Origin: Octopus vulgaris
Taxonomy: Eukaryota
Length of the DNA: 64,000 nucleotides
Assembly (NCBI GenBank): GCA_951406725.2
Contig: OX597832.1
Location: 7,874,001 to 7,938,000 of the forward strand
Direction: 5' to 3'
The notes beneath the pieces were generated by a model that searched no databases, had not been told where the DNA came from, and was given only the letters and a program-made list of their open reading frames with translations. Positions 1 to 12,432 of the stretch are shown one piece after another. Position 1 is the stretch's first letter. Every line of letters starts with the position of its first letter. A program made the translations under genes and the position numbers.

Positions 1-97
<97 letters not shown>
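1..97. repeat. (AAT)n microsatellite
   Basis: Direct reading of the sequence; one GAT interruption. Confidence 0.98.
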
Positions 98-98
<1 letters not shown>

Positions 99-303
99 CT
101 TTTCTACTTTAGGAACAAAGCCCAAAATTTAGGGTAAGCAGTAAAGTCGATTACATCGATCCTAGTATTCAACTGGTACTTATTTCTTCGACCCTGAATG
201 GGTGGAAAGCAACATCGACCTCGAAGGAACTTGAACTCAGAATGTAAAGACTTGTGTAATGCCGCTAAGCCTTTTGCTCGGAGTTCTTCCAGCTCGCCAC
301 CTT
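99..303 (-). mobile_element. tRNA-headed SINE, family A (degenerate)
   Basis: Reverse strand reads GGTGGCGAGCTGG...CTGAGTTCAAGTTCC (B-box-like)...AAGTACCAGTTGAATAC. The same motifs occur in the cleaner copies at 10645-10878 and 51293-51678. Confidence 0.75.
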
Positions 304-321
304 AATAATAATGATAATAAT

Positions 322-511
322 CTTTTTCCACTAAAAGCACAAGGCCTGAAATTTGGGGAGAGGCTTAACTGATTCTTATTTTATCGATCCCGAAGGGCAG
401 AAGACAAAGTCGACACAGTTGGAATTTGAACTTAGGACGTAAAGACGAAAGAAATACCAGTAAGAATTTTGCCCGAAGTACTAACGATTCAGCTAACGAT
501 TCAGCCACCTT
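322..511 (-). mobile_element. SINE family A (degenerate)
   Basis: Contains ttttatcgatcccgaagg...aaagtcgac...ggaatttgaact, shared with other family A copies. Confidence 0.7.
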
Positions 512-616
512 AGGTAACAAGAGCTATTAATAGTTCTTTGTTGGCAGATAAGTTTGAAGCAAACCTGGAGTAAAGAATGCATGTCATTACTGAAGTCGTG
601 ATTGGCGACCAAAGTA

Positions 617-1183
617 TTGGGCTGTCCAGAAAGTTCGTGCCGATTTATCGTAGTTTAACTTTCCACTTATTTTAGAACATGGTTGAATCCATAAAATAGA
701 AAATTTGACTACACCTCCATTTAGAGCACAGTTTAAGCTATATTTTCGTGGAAGAAGGTTTATGTTCCTATAACCTGTGTTAATTCTGTAACCCTTTAAA
801 ATGGAAGATAAGAAAGTTCATTTTCGGCATTTGATACTTTGGGAGCCAGACAAAAACTGCTGCAGCTCGGCTGGGATGTGTTACCCAACCATCCATATTC
901 TCCAGATATTGCTCCTTCTGATTTCCACTTATTCAGGTCTCTGCAGAATAAGCTTGTTGGTAAAAACTTCGATTCCTTGGATGACGTAAAAAGATACCTT
1001 GATGAATTCTTTGCCATGAAACCCCCTCAATTCTGGGAAGAGGATATTTTCAAGTTAAAGGAAAGATGGAGACGCATTGTGCAACAAAATGGTTCAAATT
1101 TGGTTGATTAAAAATGTAATGGCAAGTATGTATTGACCTTTTGCTTTCCTTTAAAAATCGGCACGAACTTTCTGGACACATTG
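617..1183 (+). mobile_element. Internally deleted mariner (Mos1-like) non-autonomous element
   Basis: TIRs TTGGGCTGTCCAGAAAGTTCGTGCCGATTT / AAATCGGCACGAACTTTCTGGACA, with TA on the left. The N-terminus MEDKKVHFRHLILWE is joined directly to the C-terminus GWDVLPNHPYSPDIAPSDFHLFRSLQN (YSPDLAP motif). Confidence 0.93.
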
Positions 1184-1852
1184 ATAAGCTTAGCTGATCG
1201 AATGATAGATGAATTATTAATCAAATAATTGTTTAGATAATTGGATAAATGTGAACGAATTGACAAATAATAACGAAAGAACTAAAATGGTTGTGCGTGT
1301 GCTTATTATTAGAATAACAACCCTCCCGTGAAAGAAGGGAATCTGATTTTTAAACACGCGAGTTCTCACAATCTTCCCAACCGAATACAAAAACAATATA
1401 TATATGTGTGTGTGTATGTGTGTGTGTGAGTGTGTGCGTGTGTAAAAGTGAGTTTATGTGTGTGTGTATATAAATTTAGATATTATACATAGTCATACAC
1501 ACATACATACGTACGTACGTACATACATGCATACATACATACATATCTGTAAGACCAGCAGAGGTGGTTATGAGATCAAAATTGAATTCAATTTAAAAAG
1601 AAACGTTATCACCTTCAACTGAATACTAACGCAGGAAGCTTGTTTCAATTATTTCAATCTGAAAACGTCGTAATTGATGGACCCTTGATGAAATTGCAGC
1701 GACTCCGATGCATAATTGCATACAGAGCAATGTGCAGTTGCTGCAGGAGAAGCATATGTTGGCCATCGATATATAAGCCGTAGAAAACATTTTAATAACA
1801 TTTTTGGATGTGAATAAATCTCCACTCTCCTTTTGGTCTTCAATTATATATA

Positions 1853-2686
1853 CGCGGTGTAGTCAAAAAGTATCCGACCTTTGGCCAAAAAATACAAGTA
1901 ATATTTAAAAAGTCACCATTTTGATTTAGTCTCCTTCAAAGTATTCGCCTTGGAATACTACACACTTCTGCCAGCGTTCCTGCCGCTGCTGGAAACATTT
2001 CTGGAAATCACTTTTTGTGATGCTGTATAGCTGTGCCGGCGAACATTGCTTAATGTCATTGATGACTCAAATCACACTTTGAGTGACTTTTTGGGGCTTT
2101 GGGAATAGCCAAAAGTCACCCGGAGCCAAGCCTGGGGAATAAGCAGCCTGACGAACAAGTGGTGTGTTTTGCTTGACGAGGAATGCTTGGACGACGTGGG
2201 AGGAATGAGCAGGTACATTGTTATGGTGAAGTTCTTAGTTCTTTGCTGCCCACAGATCGGGTGGTTTTCGCTGCACAGCTTCACGAAGACTACAAACCCC
2301 CAGGCAGTATTCTTTATTAATCGCCTGACCTTCTGGTGCATATTCATGACTCACTGTCCACTGAGGTGCAACCATCTTTGAACCGGTTGTACCGCTCCTT
2401 GTTTTGTATTTTCCCCGTAGCATCATCTCCAAATGCCTTTTGTATCTTCTCGATGGTCTGGGCTTCCGTCTCACCAACCTTTTGGCAGAATTTGATACAG
2501 TATGTTTGCTCTATGCGATTGGTCATCTTGACTCAAAAAGAAAAAAATCACAGAACACAGTCTTCACGTCTGCGGGCGAACGGCGCAACCTACAAACACG
2601 AGGCACCTAATAGCCATAAGGATTTTGCTCAAGCATTATTATTTTGTACCACCCAAATCAATCGGATACTTTTTCACTCCACCTCG
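1853..2686 (-). mobile_element. Internally deleted mariner-family element
   Basis: TIRs CGCGGTGTAGTCAAAAAGTATCCGA / TCGGATACTTTTTCACTCCACCTCG flanked by TA. Minus-strand HTH region IEQTYCIKFCQKVGET...RFKDG, followed by frameshifted HEYAPEGQAINKEY and YSPGLAPGDFWLFPK. Confidence 0.92.
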
Positions 2687-2691
2687 TATAT

Positions 2692-2777
<86 letters not shown>

Positions 2778-2786
<9 letters not shown>

Positions 2787-2998
2787 ATCCAAACAAGAAA
2801 GCACAAAAAATCACAACAACGCGAGGACGTAGAACAAATATAGTATTATTGGACGCTCAGGAAAGAAGGAAAGAAGGAGGGTTTAACGTTTCGAGCGGAG
2901 CGCTTCGTCGGAAACATAGGCGAAGGAAAGATCCAGAGAAGGGAAGACAGAGGGAAAAGGTCGGCAACGGTACATACGAGGTCACATTTGGAAAGGAT
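2778..2998 (-). mobile_element. PLE-type terminal repeat fragment carrying an HHR-like motif
   Basis: Close inverted copy of 46356-46577 (see the near-identical translations at 2849 and 46341). Bordered by (TA)n on both sides. Confidence 0.75.
2881..2915 (-). ncRNA. Minimal type I hammerhead-like motif (U4C variant, stem II mismatch)
   Basis: Minus strand GUUU-CCGACGA-A-GCGC(UCC)GCUC-GAAA-CG-UU/AAAC. Confidence 0.5.
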
Positions 2999-4070
2999 AT
3001 ATATATATATGTACACTTTGTAAACAAACATGCATATATCTACCGACATATATGCATGTATAAATATGTGTGTTCCATTCGCAGTGTATCTAAGTCACTA
3101 ATATCTAACCCCAGTGTAATATGTAGGAGAAATTACATATGCGATTTTATTTTATTTATTTACAATACCTACATGATTAGGTTGGCTCAGAAAAGTGTAG
3201 TAACATGGGTCCTTATAATACCAGAATATCTGTCAATCAATTTTTATCTCATCTTTACCCTCCACCAGAAAAAACTTCCAACGGGACTTTGGCCTCATCC
3301 TACTCTGATATATTTGGAAAATTTTTTACATCACACAGCTTACTAAGGCAAGTTTTTTTTTTTTTTGCCGCCATTCACTTTAGTAAAAATAGTTACACAT
3401 GTGGGTGGAAAATATTTTTGAAACTTGCTAAAGTAGTTTTCCAATAAATACACCAGTGTAAGCCGAGTCTTGTACTTAACATATTGCAATTGGGTGCCAT
3501 GGTATTCTTGTAACTGCTTCTTTCGTTAGATTCTTTTCTCACTGAATTATATGAGAGAATTTCTAAAGATGATGGCTGCTTTATGAAAGCTAAAATTGGC
3601 AATTTCTTTTTAACTGGTTAAATTAATATTTTTTTGTATTCCTATTTTCTGCAACGTTCCTTTTCAGATTTTGAAAAAGCTTCCTTTAATTTTTAGGTTC
3701 TTTTCAAAACGAGAGTGGGTGAATAAGATATTTTTTTTTAAATGTGTTTCTGTAACAAGTGAGCTGTATTGATTCTATAATATTCTAAATTTAGCGTAAT
3801 AACCTGCATTAACTGTTCGCTATTGTAGCTACACTGACGCGAATAAAGTTTTATGTTGTTATTGTTTAGTCTCAGAACTGGCCTGCTCGAGCAGGATATC
3901 TGATCAAATAGTTTCCATCTGTGAACATCACGTTTTCAGGTTGTATATTCTCTATTGTATATTTCCTTCTTTCTTTTATGCGCTTGTTTGTGATTTAAAA
4001 ACTATTTGGCTGTCATTTCTACTTTGCTGTGGTAACTCGTGGAAGCACCTTGTTGGCTGGTAAAATTACT

Positions 4071-4475
4071 CTCTCTTTTACTCTTTACTCTTTTACTTGT
4101 TTCAGTCATTTGACTGTGGCCATGCTGGAGCACCGCCTTTAGTCGAGCGAATCGACCCCAGGACTTCTTTGCAAGCCTAGTACTTATTCTATCGGTTTCC
4201 TTTGCCGAACCACTAATTTACATGGACGTAAACACACCAGCATCTGTTGTCAATCGATGTTGGGGGACAAACATATACATACACCCATACATGTATATAT
4301 ACATATACATATATACGACGGGTTTCTTTCAGTTTCCGTCTACTTAATCCACTCACAAGGCTTTGGTGAGCCCGAGGCTATAGAAGACACTTGCGCAAGG
4401 TGCCACGCATTGGGACTGAACCCGGAACCTTGTGGTTCGTAAGGAAACTACTTACCACAAAGCCACTCCTACGCC
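4071..4475 (-). mobile_element. tRNA-headed SINE, family B
   Basis: Reverse strand begins GGCGTAGGAGTGGCTTTGTGGTAAG...CCGGGTTCAGTCCC (A/B-box-like), has an internal (TA)/(TG) tract, and ends GCATGGCCACAGTCAAATGACTGAAACAAGTAAAAGAGTA. Confidence 0.9.
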
Positions 4476-5490
4476 TATGCATAAACTTTTATTTTGTATT
4501 ACTAATTAATCTTACAAATTAATTTTAAGCATTGGAGATAGATAAAACTTGCATTGATATATTTCTGACGACTACATTACACTATATATATTTATATATA
4601 CTTGCAGTCACTGAACGATCGAAAACTATGAATAACATCAAATATATAATAAAGAAAACACTGTACTGGCTAAAAATGGTGAAATTGTACGTTGTAGAAT
4701 TTGACTGAATAACAACAAACGAGATGCTGGTCATAAATTTGTTCCGTCAGGCATCACCTGTGATTAAAGAAGATATAAGTACTAAGCACAGATTGGTTTG
4801 CTGAGTGGTCAGTTTAAAAGGTGACTAACATGTAACATTATTATAATATTTGCTGAAGCATTTCTCTTTCATCGTCATTCTGTTACAACCTATAAGAACT
4901 GATGTCATCTCTTCCACGCTCTTAGTTCTTGAAATTAATTATCTAACAGCATTTACATCTATGCAGAATAAAGTAATATACGCACACATTACGTTTCTTT
5001 CGCCGGCACGCACACCCATCAACTCTCGACATGCTGGCATGTCTTCAATAGTTTGAAACACTTTGCAAACATCACGCAAGGGATGCTCGTAAGCGAACAT
5101 AAATGAAAAGGTCAGTAAAAGAGAGAAATTAATAATTTGAAGACAACGTACCGACTACACTGGATTTTATTTATTTCATTACGATTTCCCAAACCGATGA
5201 TTATATTCTATGTAAAATGAAATAACAGAACCATTTACAAAAGCTGGAAATTATTTACATTCTCTCGAGCTTGAAAATATTTTTAAGCATTATCTAATTC
5301 TAACTAAAGTGTTAAGACATTATCAACTATAATTCAATGCATGCCTTTTCTTCAGCACATTAGTGAAATGAACGGGAAGAAATATACCCAAAGGTGAACG
5401 AAACACGTTGCTTAGGTTCAATTTAGAGCAGATTCACAACTCTGCTACACATATCCAAAATTATAGCTAAACGGCAGTTGTACTCCAGCA

Positions 5491-5522
<32 letters not shown>

Positions 5523-5862
5523 ATGTGTGTGTGTGTGTGTATGTGTGTATATACATATATATCAATATATATATATATATATATACATATATACATACAT
5601 ATACATACATATATACATATGCATACATACATATATATATATGTATATATATGTATATACACATATATATATGTATATATACACATACATATATATACGT
5701 ATGCATATCATATATAAATATGTATGTATATATATATATATATATATATCAATGTATATATATGTATATGATGTATATGATGTGTATATATTGTATATAT
5801 GTAATATATAATGCATATATATATATATGAATATACATATATATACATACATATATACATAC

Positions 5863-5927
<65 letters not shown>

Positions 5928-5930
5928 CAC
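5491..5930. repeat. Compound (TA)n/(TG)n/(CATA)n microsatellite
   Basis: Direct reading. Confidence 0.95.
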
Positions 5931-6567
5931 TCAAGTTACTCGTCTGAAAATCCCAGTGCTATAAATAGTGGTATGGCGTCATTGGTGTAAACAGTGCTGA
6001 CTGTACTGTTATACTGTAGTTTGTTGGTGTGTTTAATTCAATTCTGCTGGCTGGGAGATTACCTGCTGCGGAACAATAGTTACTTGTCTATGAGGTTCCT
6101 TTGTAGATAGTCATTTAACGTCCAAGGAACAGTAAATTAATCTGCGCGTAAATATATATTAGGCCTCTCCGAAACCACAGAATTTTACAGAAAATTGCTG
6201 ATTGAGTAATTTTTGGTGTATCAAATTGCAATATATTATGCGCAGGAGTGAAATATTTTGTTGCAATTATGTAAAAACTTAAATAATTTGAATAGTTTCA
6301 CAGTTTTAATGAAGTTTTCCTATCCTTTTGTATAGGCGTCTTTATGAAGTGTAACGAACCTGGATCTAATGGAGATTTCTTAGTCTGTCTGATGTTAAAA
6401 ATTTATCAAACATACCAGATGAAAAGTATCAAGTCGTTTGACTATATATTTCAATAGACAACTTATGAATTTCAGTGCTACGTGTTGACATGCTAGAATG
6501 TTGTATATCGAGACGATGAGCGAGTGAAGAAGAGAGAATGGTGAATGAAAATGAAATCATTAATGTC

Positions 6568-6737
<170 letters not shown>

Positions 6738-7021
6738 ATAACGACAACAACAGCAATAGCAATAAGAATTGTAATAACATCATCAATACCAGATTGAAAA
6801 CATTTCCTTTCTTGGAACGAAAAAAAATAATGAACAACAACGAAAAGCAGAGAATAAGGAAAAAACATTCATAATAAATATCGTTTGATCACCGAGAAGC
6901 TATTTAAAAATAATTAAATAACCCAGGCAACAATAACAACGATAACAACAGTAACAGCAAATGCAACAGCATTAAAAACAACTGGAAACATAACGACAAC
7001 CACAACAACAACAACAAGACC

Positions 7022-7053
<32 letters not shown>

Positions 7054-7693
7054 CTACTACTACACCTGCAACATCCGCAACTTCGTAAGCGGAATTTAAG
7101 AAAGAATTAAAGAGATTAAAATTAGTTTGCAAAGAAGCCTTTTGGCAACAATCTAATGATATCTTTTCACTTTTCTAAAAAAAAGTGTTAGGAAATCAGT
7201 TTTGCATTTTCTTTTCAAATTTCCTTGATCTATAGTTCCATACATGTTGCAATAGTTTTCTTGACGTTTTCATTATTTATTTGTTTTAATTGCTTCTTTT
7301 GTACTTTGGTGGTTATGCTGTGATTTTTCGTTTCTTTTTTTTTTTACTTTTTTTGGCAGTTTATAAATATTTGTTCTCTTATAACAAACTGATTTATATT
7401 GAAACGTATAAACACAGAGAGACGAACAAAGGCACTTAAAACGCAAATCAAATCATGCACCCACGCATGCGCACGCACACACATACACACGGGGAGCAAC
7501 GCGCTCGTACTAACACAGTCATATGTTTATTCAAATATTGCCAAACATTCACACAAAAATGGACATGTGTCCGCAGAGTTACACGTACAACACATTCAGT
7601 GTTGTAGTTGGCATAAATGCTCAAAGTCAAATATTTATATATGAATGAGCGTATCGCTACAGCAAGAAACAGAATCATTCATAAAAATAAATA

Positions 7694-8712
7694 GGCTCGT
7701 CCCATAAATAATGCGGGTTTTTTTTAATTGTATGAACTAAAAGTCGGAGGGGTACGGAATAAACTACCTTCATCAACTTCCTATACACGCATATAGTAAT
7801 TTTACATTTTACTTATTCGAGTACAATTTTTGAAGAGTGCAGTTCGATTTTAACAGTTATTTCTTCAAAGTTATAACGGAAGTGCCAAAGGACCGTATTC
7901 GGCATATTTTGCTTTGTGAGCCCAATAAAGGCAACAGCACAAAGGAAAGTGCGAGGAATATTAATGAAGTATATGGGGATCGGAGAATAAGTGCAAGCCA
8001 GTGCCGACTGTGGTTCCAGAATTTCGGGGCAGGAAACTACAGCCTAGAAGATGATCCTCGTCTCGGAAGATCTGAATAGCCCGACGAGGACGTTCTGTAA
8101 ACTCTGGTGGAACAAAATCCCATCGTAACTGTTGGGGAACTAGCAGAGAAGCTTGGATTTGATCATTTAACAATTCATTGACACCTATGTGCCATCGGAA
8201 AAGTCAGCAAATTGGGTTGATGGGTGACCCTCACTAAATTTCTGATTCTAATCGGGCGCAGAGAGTAAACGTGTGTTCTTCTTTGCAGTTGCGTCTCATG
8301 AATGAACCTTTTTTTTTGGCCCGAATAGTGACTGGTGACGAGAAATCGGTTCTCTATAAAAAACGTCAAGCGTCGAAGACTGTGGGAAGGGAAATGAGAA
8401 ACAACGGGATCTCAGGCTAAAGAAGGTCTTTACCTACGTAAGGTGTTGTTATCTGTTTGGTGGGATATGAAAAATTTAATCCATGTTGAACTTTTAAAGC
8501 GAAACTAAATGATAACAAAGGAGATCTATTACGAGAAGCTTGAGCGACTTAAGTCAGCGCAAGAAGAAAAACGAACATCTTTGGTTTCAAAAAATGTTCT
8601 TCCATCAGAATAATTCTCAGCCACATACGGCGAGGATGACATTCCAAAGGTTGCAGCAATTTGAATGGGAAATAATGACCCACCTACCATATTTGTCGGA
8701 TATGGCTCCTTC
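7694..8712 (+). pseudogene. 3'-truncated mariner transposase pseudogene
   Basis: TA then a TIR-like start GGCTCGTCCCATAAATAATGCGG. Frameshifted motifs EVPKDRIRHILLCE...WFQNFGAGNYSLED, RIVTGDEK, KVLLSVWWD, FHQNNSQPHTA, HLPYLSDMAPS. The sequence stops where the next element begins. Confidence 0.92.
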
Positions 8713-8862
8713 TACATTATTTACATTTGACGGATATTGGTCCTCATCTTGTTTGTTGTTAAACACAACGTTACGGCTGATACACCCTCCAGCCTTCAAC
8801 AGGTGTCTTGGGGAGATTTTGAACCTGGTTTCTTATTCCTAAGGTATTTTTCGATGTTATTA

Positions 8863-8893
<31 letters not shown>

Positions 8894-9006
8894 CACTCAG
8901 GTCACTACCTGGAATCGAACTCGGAATCTTGGGATTAATAGCCCGGGCATATGGCGTAATGGTTAAGAGTGCGGACTAGTAACCCCAAGATTCCGAGTTC
9001 GATTCC
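8713..9006 (-). mobile_element. tRNA-headed short element with (AAT)n linker and HHR-like tail; head duplicated in inverted orientation
   Basis: 8945-9006 (+) has A-box TGGCGTAATGG and B-box GAGTTCGATTCC. 8911-8944 is the inverse of its 3' half and continues on the minus strand through (AAT)n into an HHR-like motif. Confidence 0.75.
8762..8807 (-). ncRNA. Degenerate minimal type I hammerhead-like motif
   Basis: Minus strand GACAC-CUGUUGA-A-GGCUG(GAGGGUGUAU)CAGCC-GUAA-CG-UU/GUGUU. Stems I and II pair; there are two core substitutions relative to CUGAUGA and GAAA. Confidence 0.6.
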
Positions 9007-9130
9007 TTTCGGGGTCAATAAATTAAGTACCAGTTACGCACTGGGGTCAATGTACTCGATTTAATCCCTTTGTCTGTCCTTGTTTGTCCTCTCTATGTCT
9101 AGCCCCTTGTGGACAATAAAGAAATAAGAA
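9004..9130 (+). mobile_element. SINE family A, 3' half
   Basis: TCCTTTCGGGGTCAATAAATTAAGTACCAGTT...AATAAAGAAATA matches 51390-51512. Confidence 0.85.
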
Positions 9131-9642
9131 TGATTTACTGGTATCTTATTTTATTATCCTTGAAGGAATGAAAATCAAAGTTTATCTCAGCGTGATTTGA
9201 ACACAGAACCCAAAGATCCTCAACAAATACGCCATGTCATTTTGTCTGAGCTGTACCGTTTCTGCCAGTTCTCACCAAAACAGACTTAAAAAGACATCAC
9301 TGCATCACACACATTGACCATAATACGCAGAGAATCGCATACATACGCAACGCTCACATTCGCCCATACACGCACACATTCCCGCATTCACATACATTGT
9401 TGCAATCACGCACGCCGTTTCGACTTGTCAACAACCACTTATTCTATACCCTACAATTTCCCATCCCAGTCGACCACAAACCCTTTCTATTACAGCCGCC
9501 ACCCACTACATTACTCAGAGAAGAAATCATTCCTTATAAACATCATTTACGCCGCACAGAAATATCACAGCGTGAGGAATCACAATATAGAAATACCAGT
9601 CTCCGTGTTACGCTGAATTTTTAATATAAATACATACGCGCT

Positions 9643-9647
<5 letters not shown>

Positions 9648-9738
<91 letters not shown>

Positions 9739-9748
9739 AACACACACG
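9648..9748. repeat. (CA)n microsatellite
   Basis: Direct reading. Confidence 0.97.
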
Positions 9749-10224
9749 CACGCGCGCATAAATATATGATTATATTCATGTATGTGGGTATATATTCATG
9801 TAAACACTCGCACACGAAAACTCTTACACATAGATACATAATAATATATGTTTATATATATACATATATTATACCTAAACATATATTTATGTACGCATAT
9901 GCGCATATATATCTGTGTATGTGTGTGTGTGTGTGTGTGTCTTTACAATTGTTCCCTGTTCATACCTAAGAATTATATGGCTTCAGATAAGTATGTAATT
10001 CTAAACTTTCTTATCGGTTTCCCTTTCAACATTAAGATAGAATGCTTGAACAATGTCCATTTCTGGGTAGTCAAATTTTCCCAAATATGCCGAGTAAGTC
10101 AGTGCTGATGTCATACGATATTTGACGTTGGATAGTGCAGGTTGGCAGTAAGTTCAGGAAATGAAAAACATTCTGCCGTCCATAAGTTAAAACTGCTATT
10201 TGTGAAATGGAGATCAACGGTATT

Positions 10225-10418
10225 GCGTCTTTCACCTCCACTTGACAACAGTAGTCGATGTCTTTACGTCCATCGTAACCCGATGGTGAGTCAAAAGCGA
10301 CCGATAGAACAAGTACTCGGTTAAAAAAATATTAAGGGCTCGATTCGTCCGACTAAAATTCTCCAAGACGGTGCCCCAGCACAGCTGCAGTTTAATGACC
10401 GGAACAATTAAAAGATGA
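10225..10418 (+). mobile_element. SINE family B, 3' half (old)
   Basis: cttgacaac...gaccgatagaacaagtact...cggtgccccagca...aatgaccggaacaa resembles the family B tail. Confidence 0.6.
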
Positions 10419-10644
10419 GTAGGAGCATTGTTTTAAAATATGATCTCGGCTTGCAATTCAATTGAGATTATCGGATTCCTTCACATGACATTAATCTATT
10501 TTGCATAGGTCTACCATTTACAAGTTCATTTATTAGTCTTTTGTATCAAGTCTTTCTTCTCTCTCTCATGCATTTGCTATTTCATTCTATCGTTATCTAC
10601 ATAACTGGCACCATTTTGGAGACATATATCAGTTGCTCTAATAT

Positions 10645-10878
10645 ATTTGTTTACTACCCACAAGGGGCTAAACATAGAGGGGACAAACAAGGACAGACAA
10701 AGGAATTAAGTCGATTACATCGACCCCAGTGCGAAACTGGTACTTAATTTATCGACCCCGAAAGGATGAAAGGCAAAGTCGACCTCGGCGGAATTTGAAC
10801 TCAGAGCGTAACGGCAGACGAAATACGACTACGCATTTCGCCCGGTGTGCTAACGTGTCTGCCAGCTCGCCGCCTTTT
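10645..10878 (-). mobile_element. SINE family A, near full length
   Basis: Reverse strand AAGGCGGCGAGCTGGCAGACACGTTAGCACACCGGGCGAAATG...CTGAGTTCAAATTCCGCCGAGGTCGAC (B-box). Confidence 0.9.
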
Positions 10879-12264
10879 TCAGTTGCTCTAATAGGCTATC
10901 TGATCTGTGTTTCCCTGCGTAGTCTATGTACATCAACGTACATTAAACTGAAGCCATACAACCTCCAATAGCACCTGAAAAAGAAAACAAATTTCCAATA
11001 ATTTTCTGTTATGAAGTTTCACTTCCCGATATGAAGTTCTGTACTACTAGGGCCAGAATATTGGTCAACCTGGAACGCATATCGGGTGAGACATTACACA
11101 ATATTACAGATACATGTATGTCTCCGATGTATTTACCCATTCAAGAGACGAAACTACAAAAACCACGTGGATTTTGAAACCCTCAGCCACAACATCAAGT
11201 TTGGTATAATATCCATAATGGCAGAGGCTCCCTAAGCTTATTAGATTTTACCATATCCTTCTATATAGGACATATTATAATTTAGTTCTATTGGAAGGAA
11301 ACCATGAAACACGTACAAACATATGCAGAATTTTGTATAAGAACAAAAGTGAAATGTTACGAATGCAATCATGTCAGAAATGTGACGGACGAAATGCGTA
11401 TGTTTGGAGAGGTTGTGAATAGTTTTTGTGAAACCAGGATACATCGCAGGGTGATCACCTATAACTTCAGACCCGAGTCGGATATCTGAATAACTGTAGC
11501 GATAAAGCAAAAGAAATAGAAGATAGCTATAAAGAGAGAAACTGCAAGAGAAAGAGAAAATTGGTGGGGAAAAACATAGTCAAGTTAAACCAGAGTTACC
11601 GCAACGCACACATACATGAACACATGCATGTGTGAATGTACACGCATGCGCACGTAAACACACACGCATAAATACATAGCTTTGCACATACATACGTACA
11701 TACATACATATATACAGATCTATGCATATACTTATATCTATGAATCTAATTATCTCTAAGTGTGTGCGTGTGTTGCAGTGAACAGATGGGAAATTAACCG
11801 AGGTGTCAATAGATGTCTGGTCTTCCTGTCAGAATTACAATCTGAGTTCATTATAAAGAACCTACACACTGGAGAACGCGGTCTCGGTAGATGCTCTATA
11901 CAAACGGAGAACAAATTCAACTTAGTCCAATTAATATTGCTAACACATTATTCTACAGTGCCGGGAAATCGTAAAATGGTTAAACCAAAATAAGTTACCC
12001 ACTAGAATATTAAAAAATATCTCAATAAACACACACCAACTAGAAAAGTATTCTTGCCTAACCTAACGCGTCAAGAAACGAAAATTCGTTTTTTTATGCG
12101 TTAGTTTGGCTTCTGGCGTTAGTAAGGCTTCTGGCGGTTTTAGTGAAACAGAAACGGGTGAAATCAGCGGCTTCTGGCTGCAGTCTCCATTAGGAATGTG
12201 GAAGAGTGATTGCGAATCATCGAAATATACATAATATATAATCGCACATACTCATACAGCAAAC

Positions 12265-12306
<42 letters not shown>

Positions 12307-12373
12307 TATGTGTGTGTGTGTGTATGTATATATATATGTATATATATATATATATATACGTACATATATCTAT

Positions 12374-12430
<57 letters not shown>

Positions 12431-12432
<2 letters not shown>

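Noticed and set aside
3450-3830. Possible PLE linker remnant (PILAFIKQPSSL), minus strand
   Set aside because: Too degraded to support by eye.
8945-9006. Functional tRNA gene
   Set aside because: No acceptor stem and it runs straight into SINE sequence; treated as a tRNA-derived head.
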